NCBI GenBank assembly: GCA_965277405.1
Contig: OZ255726.1
Coordinates: forward strand, 1,344,001-1,408,000
From: Gammaproteobacteria bacterium
Lineage (GTDB): Bacteria > Pseudomonadota > Gammaproteobacteria > G965277405
DNA: 64,000 nucleotides
Direction of reading: 5' to 3'
How positions within the stretch are numbered: position 1 is the stretch's first letter; every line of letters begins with the position of its first letter. Below the pieces are notes generated by a model. It did not search any database and was not told the origin of the DNA. It saw only the letters and a list, made by a program, of their open reading frames with translations. Below, piece by piece: positions 29,944-38,921 of this stretch. A program made the translations under genes and the position numbers.

Positions 29944-32900
29944 ATGCAGCTAATGCAGCTAATTCACGCTAGTTCCATGGTAGTCCGAGCAGTGGTATTG
30001 CGGGCAGTGGTTTTGAGCACCATGATATTGCTGGCTGCTAGCGTAGCGCGTGCAGCGGATACTACAGTGCATTATGCCATCAAGGCAGGTCCGCTCGCCA
30101 CAGTGCTGGCGGCATTCGCTAGCGCGGCAGATATTGGCGTTGATATTGACCACTCGCTCACGGACGGCAAGCACAGCCAGGGTCTCCAAGGTGAGTATGC
30201 GCTAACCGCCGCCTTAACGTATATTTTGCGCGGCAGCGGGCTGGCAGCGCAGCAACTCGCAAACTCACGTTATGTTATTATTGCTGCCGCTATTGACTCG
30301 GCAACAACGAATACGCCGAATACGCCAAATACGCTTGCCATCCCCACCCTCACCATTGAAGACTCAGGGGTATCAGGCTATCAGCGTGATGAACAAGGCT
30401 ACGACGCAGTCTACGATAACAACGCTTCCACCGTGTACATGGGTAGAGCAGCAGTCCGCCGCAACGCTGGCACCAACCCTGCCGATTTATTGCAGGGGAT
30501 GGCTGGGGTATTTAGCGGCGATGCGCGCAATAGCGGGTCGATCGATGTCAATATTCGCGGGGTGCAGGGTCCTGGAAGGGTGCCGGTGATTATCGACGGT
30601 ACCGAACAGGCAATTACCGTCAACCGCGGGTATAACGGCGCGGCTAACCGTAATTATATCGACCCTAGCCTGATCAGTTCGGTGCGGATGTATAAAGGTG
30701 CGAGCAACGCCCGCGATGTCAACAGCGGCATCGGTGGGGCGCTGGTGGCAACCACGCTGACCCCCGCCGATATAATCAAAGAAGGCGCAGACTTTGGGGT
30801 CGAATTAAACGTAACCAGCGGCAGCAACACGGTCTCCCCGCGACTGCCGCGGCTGCATACTGGCGAATTAGCCGTAAACGTGAAGGGGTTTCCTGCCGTT
30901 ACTGGTGCTGGTTTCAGGAACGTCGATAAAACACTACGGTTAACAACCCTCAACTCAAAATCACTCGCCGATGAAATCCCGCTCGGCGGCAACGACTTTT
31001 CCTACCGCGTCGCCGTCGCCAACACTTCCGCGCGGTTCGACTTCCTCGCCGCGTACGCCTACCGCCGCCGCGGTAATTACTTTGCGGGTAGCAACAACGC
31101 CGGCTACTATGATGAGCCTGGCTTTTATGATCACGCAGGCAATTATGGTATGAAACATTTCTTCAGATCAAAAACAACTCATAAAAAAATTAAAGATAGG
31201 ACGCGTGCCCTAACCACCTACTGGCCAGCAGGCGACGAAGTCACCAATACCTCGAGCGAGATGGGGTCGTGGTTGTTAAAAAGCAGCTGGCGGGTTGACA
31301 ATGCACAAAAAATAGGGTTCAACTTCCGCCAATCCAATTTGCTAAACGGCGAGGTCATGCCGTCGGCGACCATTACTTCTAGCGATCTCAAGTACGGTCT
31401 TGTCCAGTGGCCGTTGAGCGAGGTTAGAGCGCGCGCGTATAACCTCGACTACCGCAATACCCCCAACGACAACCGCTGGCTGGACCTCCACGCCAACCTC
31501 TGGCGGACGGATACGCTCGGGCACACCTATACGCGAGGCAACCCAAACCAAATTGACAAAGCAAGCGGTCTTATCGTAAATACTGGGTTTGTTGATTCTA
31601 GCCATACCCGCGATGGCATCACCTTGAGCAATACCATGGACCTCACCAGCGCGCTGGCGCTAACCCTCGGCGCCAATTTTCAGCACCAAAAACTAGCGAG
31701 CCTAGATGGTAAATACTATAGTACTAGAATGGAACGAGGAGGGCGGCGGCAGGAATGGGGCGGCAATCTCAGCCTCGCCTGGCAGCCGAACGAGGCCTTA
31801 AAATTCAGCACGGGGATGACGTATTCGGCGTATTGGAGCTTCGACGACCGCCTTAAATATGTCATCGATGCAGGCGGCAAAGTTCCAGAATTAGAGCATA
31901 TTCTAAATGAAAACATTACCTATAGATACACTACAGGTGGTCTGCAGATTCCAACCAACCAGCGCAGACAGTTAATAGGAAAGGAACTTGTTACATTAAA
32001 TGATGCTAACAAAAAAAATCAAGATAGATATAACCAATTGGTAAATCTTTGCGAAAAGTTGATAAAACAAGGGTTTGCACACTTATTATTGTCGAAGTGT
32101 GCGCGGGAAAATCTGGGTAAAATTTTGACACCATACTACACCGCAGCAGAAATGGACTTTATTACAGCTAACCGCGATAGTGCTTTAGCGATAGAAGCAG
32201 TACAACTAAACTTTGGCATTCCTATCAATCCTGATCATCAAAATGACCCAATCACCTTGCAGACGGATGTAGCTGGCAAGTATACGTTTGCTAATCACCC
32301 GTGCTATAACGGTGAGGTAGCAGCGGCAATAGCAACGGAAACAGGTAATGATAAGTCAGCGAAAATAACTCAGTGTACTATCAGTACCAACACAGATACC
32401 AGCGATGCCAAGGCGGAAAAGCTCCACGACGACGGCTGGGTGCCGCATCTTACCGCCAGCTATCAATTTACCCCGTATAGCCGCGGCTACGTTAAATACA
32501 GCGAATTTCTTCGCTACCCGTCCATGTTCGAAAGCACTTGGGGGTTCTCTGCCGCGCTCGGCCCGTATGGACTCGACCCCGAGCACGCGTATAATTGGGA
32601 AATAAGCTATGTCCACGACCTAACCCAATGGCTGACCACCGCTGAATACGCTGACGTCAAACTCGCGTACTACGACCAACTGACCAAGGGCGTTATTGAC
32701 CGCGGTGTTTCACTGTATTCTACTAATTTGGATGAAAAAAAGGTGCGCGGGGTAGAATTAACCCTACGCTACGACGGCGGTCGCTTGTTTAGTAATATTG
32801 CTGTCAACTACGTGGTGCAAAACGACGTCTGTGACGAAAGCACCGCCGCATATAAATCGAGCGTGGAATATCGCTTGCCCACCTGCTTTGCATTCGGCAT

Positions 32901-33264
32901 ACCCAGTAGGGGGCGTCAACTCGCGCAAGCCACCCCTAAATTATCGGCGGATTGGGCGTTCGGCGGCCGGCTGCTCGACCGCCGCCTCGAGATAGGCAGC
33001 CGGGTTAAGTATTATACCCGCGACGGCAACGCTGACCTTGACGAGTATGCGACTTATTCCCCCACCTCTTTGTTAGTACGATCTTTTGGCTGGGGCAATA
33101 CCCTGCTCGTTGACGCCTACGCCAACTATACAATCGATTCGAGTATCGCTGTCGAATTCGCCGCTGCTAACCTAACCGACCAATACTACCTCGACCCATT
33201 AACCCGTTCGCAGATGCCCGCACCTGGGCGGACGCTGAAACTGAATTTGACCGCGCGGTTGTAA
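29944..33264 (+). CDS. TonB-dependent haem/hemophore receptor, copy 2 (in-frame TGA at 29929 after the homologous upstream ATG at 29893)
   Basis: Paralog of 20974-24291 with the same STN, plug and C-terminal motifs. Confidence 0.85.
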   Translation: MQLMQLIHASSMVVRAVVLRAVVLSTMILLAASVARAADTTVHYAIKAGPLATVLAAFASAADIGVDIDHSLTDGKHSQGLQGEYALTAALTYILRGSGLAAQQLANSRYVIIAAAIDSATTNTPNTPNTLAIPTLTIEDSGVSGYQRDEQGYDAVYDNNASTVYMGRAAVRRNAGTNPADLLQGMAGVFSGDARNSGSIDVNIRGVQGPGRVPVIIDGTEQAITVNRGYNGAANRNYIDPSLISSVRMYKGASNARDVNSGIGGALVATTLTPADIIKEGADFGVELNVTSGSNTVSPRLPRLHTGELAVNVKGFPAVTGAGFRNVDKTLRLTTLNSKSLADEIPLGGNDFSYRVAVANTSARFDFLAAYAYRRRGNYFAGSNNAGYYDEPGFYDHAGNYGMKHFFRSKTTHKKIKDRTRALTTYWPAGDEVTNTSSEMGSWLLKSSWRVDNAQKIGFNFRQSNLLNGEVMPSATITSSDLKYGLVQWPLSEVRARAYNLDYRNTPNDNRWLDLHANLWRTDTLGHTYTRGNPNQIDKASGLIVNTGFVDSSHTRDGITLSNTMDLTSALALTLGANFQHQKLASLDGKYYSTRMERGGRRQEWGGNLSLAWQPNEALKFSTGMTYSAYWSFDDRLKYVIDAGGKVPELEHILNENITYRYTTGGLQIPTNQRRQLIGKELVTLNDANKKNQDRYNQLVNLCEKLIKQGFAHLLLSKCARENLGKILTPYYTAAEMDFITANRDSALAIEAVQLNFGIPINPDHQNDPITLQTDVAGKYTFANHPCYNGEVAAAIATETGNDKSAKITQCTISTNTDTSDAKAEKLHDDGWVPHLTASYQFTPYSRGYVKYSEFLRYPSMFESTWGFSAALGPYGLDPEHAYNWEISYVHDLTQWLTTAEYADVKLAYYDQLTKGVIDRGVSLYSTNLDEKKVRGVELTLRYDGGRLFSNIAVNYVVQNDVCDESTAAYKSSVEYRLPTCFAFGIPSRGRQLAQATPKLSADWAFGGRLLDRRLEIGSRVKYYTRDGNADLDEYATYSPTSLLVRSFGWGNTLLVDAYANYTIDSSIAVEFAAANLTDQYYLDPLTRSQMPAPGRTLKLNLTARL

Positions 33265-33351
33265 AACGCGCAGTTAAACCCCCGAAGCAACTGCTTCACC
33301 CGTGTTATTTTCGTTTTGGAAATAATAAATTGTAATACTTTGGAGTTTTGT

Positions 33352-34203
33352 ATGAACAAACTAAAATTAGTCAGCAGTATCGCGGTTGTGGCTAGCGCGC
33401 TCGCTGCGCCAGCCCACGCCGAAACCGAAACACAAGTCGTTGTATTTAACCTTGACGAAATACAAGGTGGTTCGTCGAATATTGAGAAAGTGATTGTCGG
33501 CGAATCAAATGTAGACCGCCCGCCGTCTCATACTGTTGGGAAGGCGGGGATTGGCGCTGGATATGGTATGAAATCGCAATCCATGGTAGACTTTGCTGGG
33601 TTGGCAGATGCGGCACCCGCCGACGACAACGAGGTGCATTCGTTGAATTTCCCGTATGATGGTGCCCCAACAAGCCATGATGACTTTGGGGTATTCCACT
33701 TTGCCCAAGTAGGTGCAAACGACGTTTGGTTTGGCGAATGGGCACAAACTGCCGCGGACGGCGACCCAAACCATACCGTGTACTACGTCGGAGATAATGC
33801 CGATGCTAGGATAACAAGAACCGATAGTGCCGCTACTTACACGGTGAACGGTATCAATCACTACGCAGCAGCGGGTAACAACGGCCTATCTGGTACTTTT
33901 ACTGCTAATTTTAATGCTTTAACCCTAACAGGGTCTATGCGTACTACCAACTTACCTGTCGACATATTAATAAATATTGGCACTGCGAGGATTAACCCCG
34001 ACAGCGCTTCGATTGCTAATGGCGGCGGAGTCGCACCATCCGCACAGATCAGTGTATACGGAAAAATCATACCAGAGTTTGGTGATACAAATGGGATAGT
34101 TACAGGGCAATTCTACAATGGTCAGGTTGACCTCGCTGGGATGGTTACCTTTAAAGATACGCATGATTTCGATACAGCGTTTGGTGGTAGTATAGATCAA
34201 TAA
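33352..34203 (+). CDS. Hemophilin/HphA-like hemophore, copy 2
   Basis: MNKLKL signal peptide after a GGAG RBS; PPSHTVGKAGIG, SHDDFGVFHF, DVWFGEW, DTAFGG. Confidence 0.78.
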   Translation: MNKLKLVSSIAVVASALAAPAHAETETQVVVFNLDEIQGGSSNIEKVIVGESNVDRPPSHTVGKAGIGAGYGMKSQSMVDFAGLADAAPADDNEVHSLNFPYDGAPTSHDDFGVFHFAQVGANDVWFGEWAQTAADGDPNHTVYYVGDNADARITRTDSAATYTVNGINHYAAAGNNGLSGTFTANFNALTLTGSMRTTNLPVDILINIGTARINPDSASIANGGGVAPSAQISVYGKIIPEFGDTNGIVTGQFYNGQVDLAGMVTFKDTHDFDTAFGGSIDQ

Positions 34204-34205
34204 TC

Positions 34206-35720
34206 TTGTTTGTTATTAAATTCAACCCGCGCATGCAGGTGCATGCGCGGTTTTTTTTACTGTATTGTTTACTGCTGCTGCTGCTCCCATTCGCCGCCGC
34301 AGCTGCTGATAGCCAGTTGCCTAGTAGGTTGCCTAGTAGGTTGGATAGCGACGCTAGCAGCGACCAACCGCGTAATAGCAGCCAGCAGCGGTTACCAAAT
34401 GCCGACAGCGGCGCACGCCGCGCCATCATTATCGACGGTAAACCCTATCCTATCCAAGACAACGTCGATGACCTCGGCCGCGCGCTGTATGTGTCAATCC
34501 AACAACAACACTGGGCAGACGTCGAATATTATTTGGCAAAATACCAAACCCTCGCCAACGCCGACGCGTTATTATTGGCGTATGCCCGCGGTGCGCTCGC
34601 CAGAATACGCGGCGATATGCAGCAAGCAGCGAGTGAATACCGCAAATTACTGGCGTTGCGCCCTGACTTTTTCCCAGGCCAGCTAGAATTAGCCCGCGTG
34701 CTGTTTGCCGACCATCAAAACCAACAAGCTACAATGCTATTCGCGCAAATAGCCGACCAACTCGACCCTAGCAATACCAAGCACGCTAACATCATTAGTT
34801 CGGTGGAGAATTTCACCGAGGCGTTGCAACGCCGGCATACTTGGCAAAGCTCGGTCGCGGTTGGTTCAATCTGGACCGATAACCTCAACCATTCATCGCA
34901 GAGTTATACTTGCTTCGTATCTTTTCGCGGTCAGTGCTACTCCGAGCGACAAACCCCTGATGCGATTAGCGCGCGTGGCGTTGACTACCAGTTGACATTA
35001 AACCGCCAGGTGTCAATTAGTGGGCAGCATGGCGTATACTTTCGTGCGCAGTTATCCGCACAACGCTATCAAGACTACCCTGATTATCATCAAACAATCA
35101 TGACTAATCAAATAGGTTATGCCTTTGAGAATTATGCTGATTATATCAGCCTGGCGCCTGAGTATGAATTTCTTGAGTACGGTGACGCGACGTATTACCG
35201 CGCTTGGGGCTTGCATGCACAGTGGAGACGCAAGCTATCGAGGACGCGGATGTTTAAACTTGCAGCTGACTATAAAAAACACAAGTATGCGGATCAACAA
35301 CGGCAGCGGCTCAACAGTTCGGTGTATTCGCTAAATTTCAGCGCCTGGCAAATGCTCGCGGATAACTGGATGCTAATTAGCGGGGTGGATTGGTTGGAGA
35401 TAACAGCAAAAGCTACAACCGAATCTTATAACAAGCTGGGGCTCAGATTCGGTGCGTCGAAACAGTTTGCTGCTGGTATTCAGGTCGTGTTGCTCACCTC
35501 TGCCAGCCAACGCAGTAATCATAATTTTAGCAAAATCCTCGGTGCAAAACGCAATGACATTGTCAAAGATGCTACCTTGACTGTAACCGCAGCTAAACTG
35601 GCTATCGCCGGTTTTACCCCTACCATTACCCTGAACCAGCGGAGCACGCGCAGCAATATAGATTGGCTATATAGTAATCAAAAAAATCAAATCAACCTTA
35701 AACTAACAAGAAACTTTTAA
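34206..35720 (+). CDS. Slam / type XI translocon, copy 2
   Basis: Paralog of 25233-26747; C-terminal LKLTRNF. Confidence 0.8.
   Translation: MFVIKFNPRMQVHARFFLLYCLLLLLLPFAAAAADSQLPSRLPSRLDSDASSDQPRNSSQQRLPNADSGARRAIIIDGKPYPIQDNVDDLGRALYVSIQQQHWADVEYYLAKYQTLANADALLLAYARGALARIRGDMQQAASEYRKLLALRPDFFPGQLELARVLFADHQNQQATMLFAQIADQLDPSNTKHANIISSVENFTEALQRRHTWQSSVAVGSIWTDNLNHSSQSYTCFVSFRGQCYSERQTPDAISARGVDYQLTLNRQVSISGQHGVYFRAQLSAQRYQDYPDYHQTIMTNQIGYAFENYADYISLAPEYEFLEYGDATYYRAWGLHAQWRRKLSRTRMFKLAADYKKHKYADQQRQRLNSSVYSLNFSAWQMLADNWMLISGVDWLEITAKATTESYNKLGLRFGASKQFAAGIQVVLLTSASQRSNHNFSKILGAKRNDIVKDATLTVTAAKLAIAGFTPTITLNQRSTRSNIDWLYSNQKNQINLKLTRNF
34227..34258 (+). terminator. Rho-independent terminator after hemophore 2
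   Basis: CCGCGCATGCA-GG-TGCATGCGCGG followed by T8; compensatory base-pair change relative to copy 1. Confidence 0.78.
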
Positions 35721-35768
35721 GATAAACTAACAAGGAACTTTTAAGATAAACTAACAAGAAACTTTTAA
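35700..35768. repeat. 24-bp tandem triplication of the Slam 3' end (AAACTAACAAGRAACTTTTAAGAT)
   Basis: Seen directly; single copy in cassette 1. Confidence 0.85.
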
Positions 35769-35769
35769 T

Positions 35770-36681
35770 ATGAACCGTCCAACCGCAATTTTTATTATTT
35801 TTTTATTGTTTACCCCGTGTATCCCCGCAGCCGGTGATTGGCAGACCTTGCAAAATACTGCCACCAGCTTATACCAGCAGGGTGACTATGCGCAAGCCGC
35901 GGTATACCTGCAGCAGGCGATTGCTCGTGCTGAACAAGCAGATAATGGCGATAAATTTAAAGTCAGTAGCCTTAATTTACTCGCGTTTGTGTATTTGGCT
36001 ACAGGCGATCAGCAACGCGCAATAACAACGCTTGAACAAGCGATAATCATTGCGCGTAAGGTATACCCGAATTCCCACCCGACGTTGGCAATAATGTTGT
36101 TCAATACAGGCGATTTTCTCGAACAAGCTGGGCAAGCAGATCAAGCCCTGCTTGCGTATCAGGCGGCGTGGGCAATCCAGCGACAAGATGTGGTTAAATA
36201 CGCTGATGCTGCACTGAAAACAGCCGACGCCTTGGTGGCGATACACAATAGGCAGCAACGTTATCAGCGGAGCGTGGCGATTGCCACAACGATTCTGGCG
36301 GCGTATACCAACACCAAGCCAACCGCGTTTAATGAGTCGTTGCGGCAGATTAGCTACGCGCTGGCGCAGGCACAGTTGCAATTGCACCACCGCGAGTTAG
36401 CCCAACAAGCGCTAGCGCAACAGCTACGCCGTGACTTAGATCAAGATTTAAAGGGCGAGATGCTGACCTTAAGAAAAGATATGAACAAACGCTTTGAGCA
36501 GGTTGATAAACGCTTTGAGCAGGTTGATAAACGCTTTGAGCAGGTTGATAAACGCTTTGAGCAGGTTGATAAACGCTTTGAGCAACTTACTGGTCGCATA
36601 GATAGTTTTATGAAATGGTCGCTTACCACTATGATCACTTGTAGCGCTGTTATTATTGCTGTGCTTAAGTTTACTACGTGA
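35770..36681 (+). CDS. Chimeric protein: truncated TPR protein fused to a KRFEQVD coiled coil and C-terminal TM segment
   Basis: Matches the TPR gene 26749-28050 up to nt ~36435 (QQLRRD), then switches in frame to sequence matching ORF 36702-37067. Confidence 0.75.
   Translation: MNRPTAIFIIFLLFTPCIPAAGDWQTLQNTATSLYQQGDYAQAAVYLQQAIARAEQADNGDKFKVSSLNLLAFVYLATGDQQRAITTLEQAIIIARKVYPNSHPTLAIMLFNTGDFLEQAGQADQALLAYQAAWAIQRQDVVKYADAALKTADALVAIHNRQQRYQRSVAIATTILAAYTNTKPTAFNESLRQISYALAQAQLQLHHRELAQQALAQQLRRDLDQDLKGEMLTLRKDMNKRFEQVDKRFEQVDKRFEQVDKRFEQVDKRFEQLTGRIDSFMKWSLTTMITCSAVIIAVLKFTT
36487..36584. repeat. 21-bp tandem repeat AAACGCTTTGAGCAGGTTGAT x4 plus partial
   Basis: Encodes KRFEQVD heptads. 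Confidence 0.92.
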
Positions 36682-36701
36682 TTTAACAATACAAGCCAAT
36701 T

Positions 36702-37067
36702 ATGTTCGATAATGCTGTTTTTGAGAAGTGGTTAGACGACAATGCCGCTAAGGCTATGGAAAAAATAATTAGTGGTCAAGCTTTAAAGAGCGAGGAAACT
36801 ATTATTCTTGTGCTCAAGGGACAAGCCAATCATATTGCCCATTTAGATGAAGATTTAAAGGGCGAGATGCAGACCTTAAGAAAAGATATGGACAAACGCT
36901 TTGAGCAGGTTGATAAACGCTTTGAGCAGGTTGACAAACGCTTTGAGCAGGTTGATAAACGCTTTGAGCAACTTACTGGTCGCATAGATAATTTCATGAA
37001 ATGGTCGCTTACCACTATGATCACTTGTAGTGCTGTTATTATTGCTGTGCTTAAGTTTACTACGTGA
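36702..37067 (+). CDS. Small coiled-coil membrane-anchored protein with KRFEQVD heptads (DUF1640/CCDC90-like)
   Basis: Helical head, three KRFEQVD heptads, C-terminal hydrophobic KWSLTTMITCSAVIIAVLKF. Confidence 0.7.
   Translation: MFDNAVFEKWLDDNAAKAMEKIISGQALKSEETIILVLKGQANHIAHLDEDLKGEMQTLRKDMDKRFEQVDKRFEQVDKRFEQVDKRFEQLTGRIDNFMKWSLTTMITCSAVIIAVLKFTT
36894..36970. repeat. 21-bp tandem repeat x3 plus partial
   Basis: Encodes KRFEQVD heptads. Confidence 0.9.
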
Positions 37068-37086
37068 TTTAAAATACAAGCTAATT

Positions 37087-37317
37087 ATGTTGGATAATGA
37101 TTCTTTTGATAGGTGGTTAGATCACAATGCCGCTAAGGTTATGGATAAAATAATGAGCGGGCAAGCTTTAAACAACGGTGAAATTATTGTTTTTTTGCTC
37201 AAGGCGCAAACCAATTATATTGCCTATTTAGGGCAAGGTTTAAGGGATGAGATGCTGGCCTTAAGAAAAGATATGGACGAACGCTTTGAGCAACTTACTT
37301 GTAGTGGTTTAGATTAG
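37087..37317 (+). pseudogene. Third, truncated paralog of the KRFEQVD protein (no heptad repeats, no TM)
   Basis: MLDNDSFDRWLDHNAAKVMDKIMSGQAL...LRKDMDERFEQLTCSGLD*, homologous to 36702-37067. Confidence 0.6.
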
Positions 37318-37410
37318 TGGTTTAGATGTAATCTGACAGTTGCCCTGATTTGCGGCGGTCTGTGTCGGGTAAAGTTAGGTTGAGGAATTTTTTCTTGCAG
37401 ATTTCCTTAT

Positions 37411-37685
37411 GGAAGTTCTGATTAAGTCGCTGATGGAGCGAGGTTGCCTGCTTGCTGATGATTGCAAGGCGCAAAGCGCATGACCTAGCATATACGCCAA
37501 GGGATGCAACACAGCAAGTACCGCTGCAGCAAACCCAAAGTATATTCAACAGAAGGATGGGAAAAAACGCTGCGCTAACGTCGTTGCAGCACTTGATAAT
37601 ACCACCAGTATTATCTGCGCACTGCGTCTAGTTATCATCAGCGTTTTTCTCCGTCTCGCCCATCATGGACTTAATCAGCGGTTCC
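37411..37685 (-). mobile_element. MITE copy, inverted orientation
   Basis: GGAAGTTCTGATTAAGTCGCTGATGG...CATGGACTTAATCAGCGGTTCC. Confidence 0.83.
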
Positions 37686-37754
37686 CTGGGTCGATTCTAC
37701 CAAGTATTCTATCAAAATTGATTGTTTGGCGAAATTGCGCACGGCTACAGTCAA

Positions 37755-38741
37755 CTATTCGAAAGCCACGCTACTATCCCAAATACGCTGCCATATTTGC
37801 ATCAATCCAGATTTACCACTATGAGATACAGATAGACGCACAGGGGTTGTGGCGCCATTTATAAATGCAAAGGTAAACACATAATTAGGTTCTTTTCCCA
37901 TCCGTAAATCAGTCACGATAACCGTGTCTTGTACCATGTGCATTGCATAAAAACCTTGGGTTATCCAGCGCATTGTATCTATCGACAGATTACCAGCGGA
38001 TTGCTCGATGAGTTTGGCTCCACGTGGATGTTGGTATATTGGTAGTTGTGCATCAGCAGCGTCGAAAAACGAGACATACATGTTGTAGTAATACGTTTCA
38101 TCGACAACAATAATTCGATGCGCCAAGGTTGTGCCAGTCAAGGGAATACTCAGCATGCGTTGCGCCGCAACACCTTGGTTGGCAAACTGCTGCAACGCCA
38201 CGCGCTCAGCGTTAAATTTGGCATATACACTCCAAACGATATACAGCGTTGCCAACAATAGCGCATACAGTATCGATTGGCGCAGCCGCGGAGAATTTTT
38301 TAGAACGAGTGCTGCCAATGTTGTCAACAGCAACGGCAAGGTAAATAACGGGTCGATTATAAATAATGACGACCATACCACAGCTGGTAATTCAAGAGGC
38401 CACCATAGCTGCGTGCCGTACACCGTGAAAGCATCAAGCAATGGATGGGTAATTAACGCCAGCCAGACCGCAATATACAGTTGTTTACGTTGCCCATTAC
38501 GCAAGACGCGGTACAGCAGTTCGGCAAGCATTGGTGCACATATAGTTAATACAAATATGCTATGCGAAAACGCGCGATGCTTGGCATACGATGTAATCGG
38601 ATTATCATGCGACAACAGCACATCTAGGTCAGGAATCGTCGCTATAACCCCGCCAATGAGTGGTGTCAGCCGATTGGCGCGTTTGCCGAGCACGCTATAA
38701 AACAGCGTACTCCCCAACACAAATTGGCTGACGCTATCCAT
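37755..38741 (-). CDS. Membrane-bound metal-dependent hydrolase (YdjM-like)
   Basis: MDSVSQ, TIPDLD, HRAFSHS, THPLLDAFTVYGTQL, FIIDP, DLRMG. Confidence 0.82.
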   Translation of the reverse strand: MDSVSQFVLGSTLFYSVLGKRANRLTPLIGGVIATIPDLDVLLSHDNPITSYAKHRAFSHSIFVLTICAPMLAELLYRVLRNGQRKQLYIAVWLALITHPLLDAFTVYGTQLWWPLELPAVVWSSLFIIDPLFTLPLLLTTLAALVLKNSPRLRQSILYALLLATLYIVWSVYAKFNAERVALQQFANQGVAAQRMLSIPLTGTTLAHRIIVVDETYYYNMYVSFFDAADAQLPIYQHPRGAKLIEQSAGNLSIDTMRWITQGFYAMHMVQDTVIVTDLRMGKEPNYVFTFAFINGATTPVRLSVSHSGKSGLMQIWQRIWDSSVAFE

Positions 38742-38921
38742 ACATTACTTGCATATTCTGCGACACTTGCACACAGGATCCCTGTTGAAATTGCTGTTTG
38801 AATATTCAGTCTAGCAAATTACTATCCGCAACATAGCATGGTGCTTGCAATCAATGGACTTTTTAGTTGAGCAGCCCAACGAAGCCAATACTATTACCAA
38901 ATATTTATTCACTGTTCTTGT

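Noticed and set aside
20974-33264. Diversity-generating retroelement or invertase shufflon behind receptor variation
   Set aside because: No reverse transcriptase or site-specific recombinase in the window, and differences do not look adenine-specific.
36487-36970. 21-bp repeats as a CRISPR array
   Set aside because: Head-to-tail with no spacers and in frame as KRFEQVD heptads.
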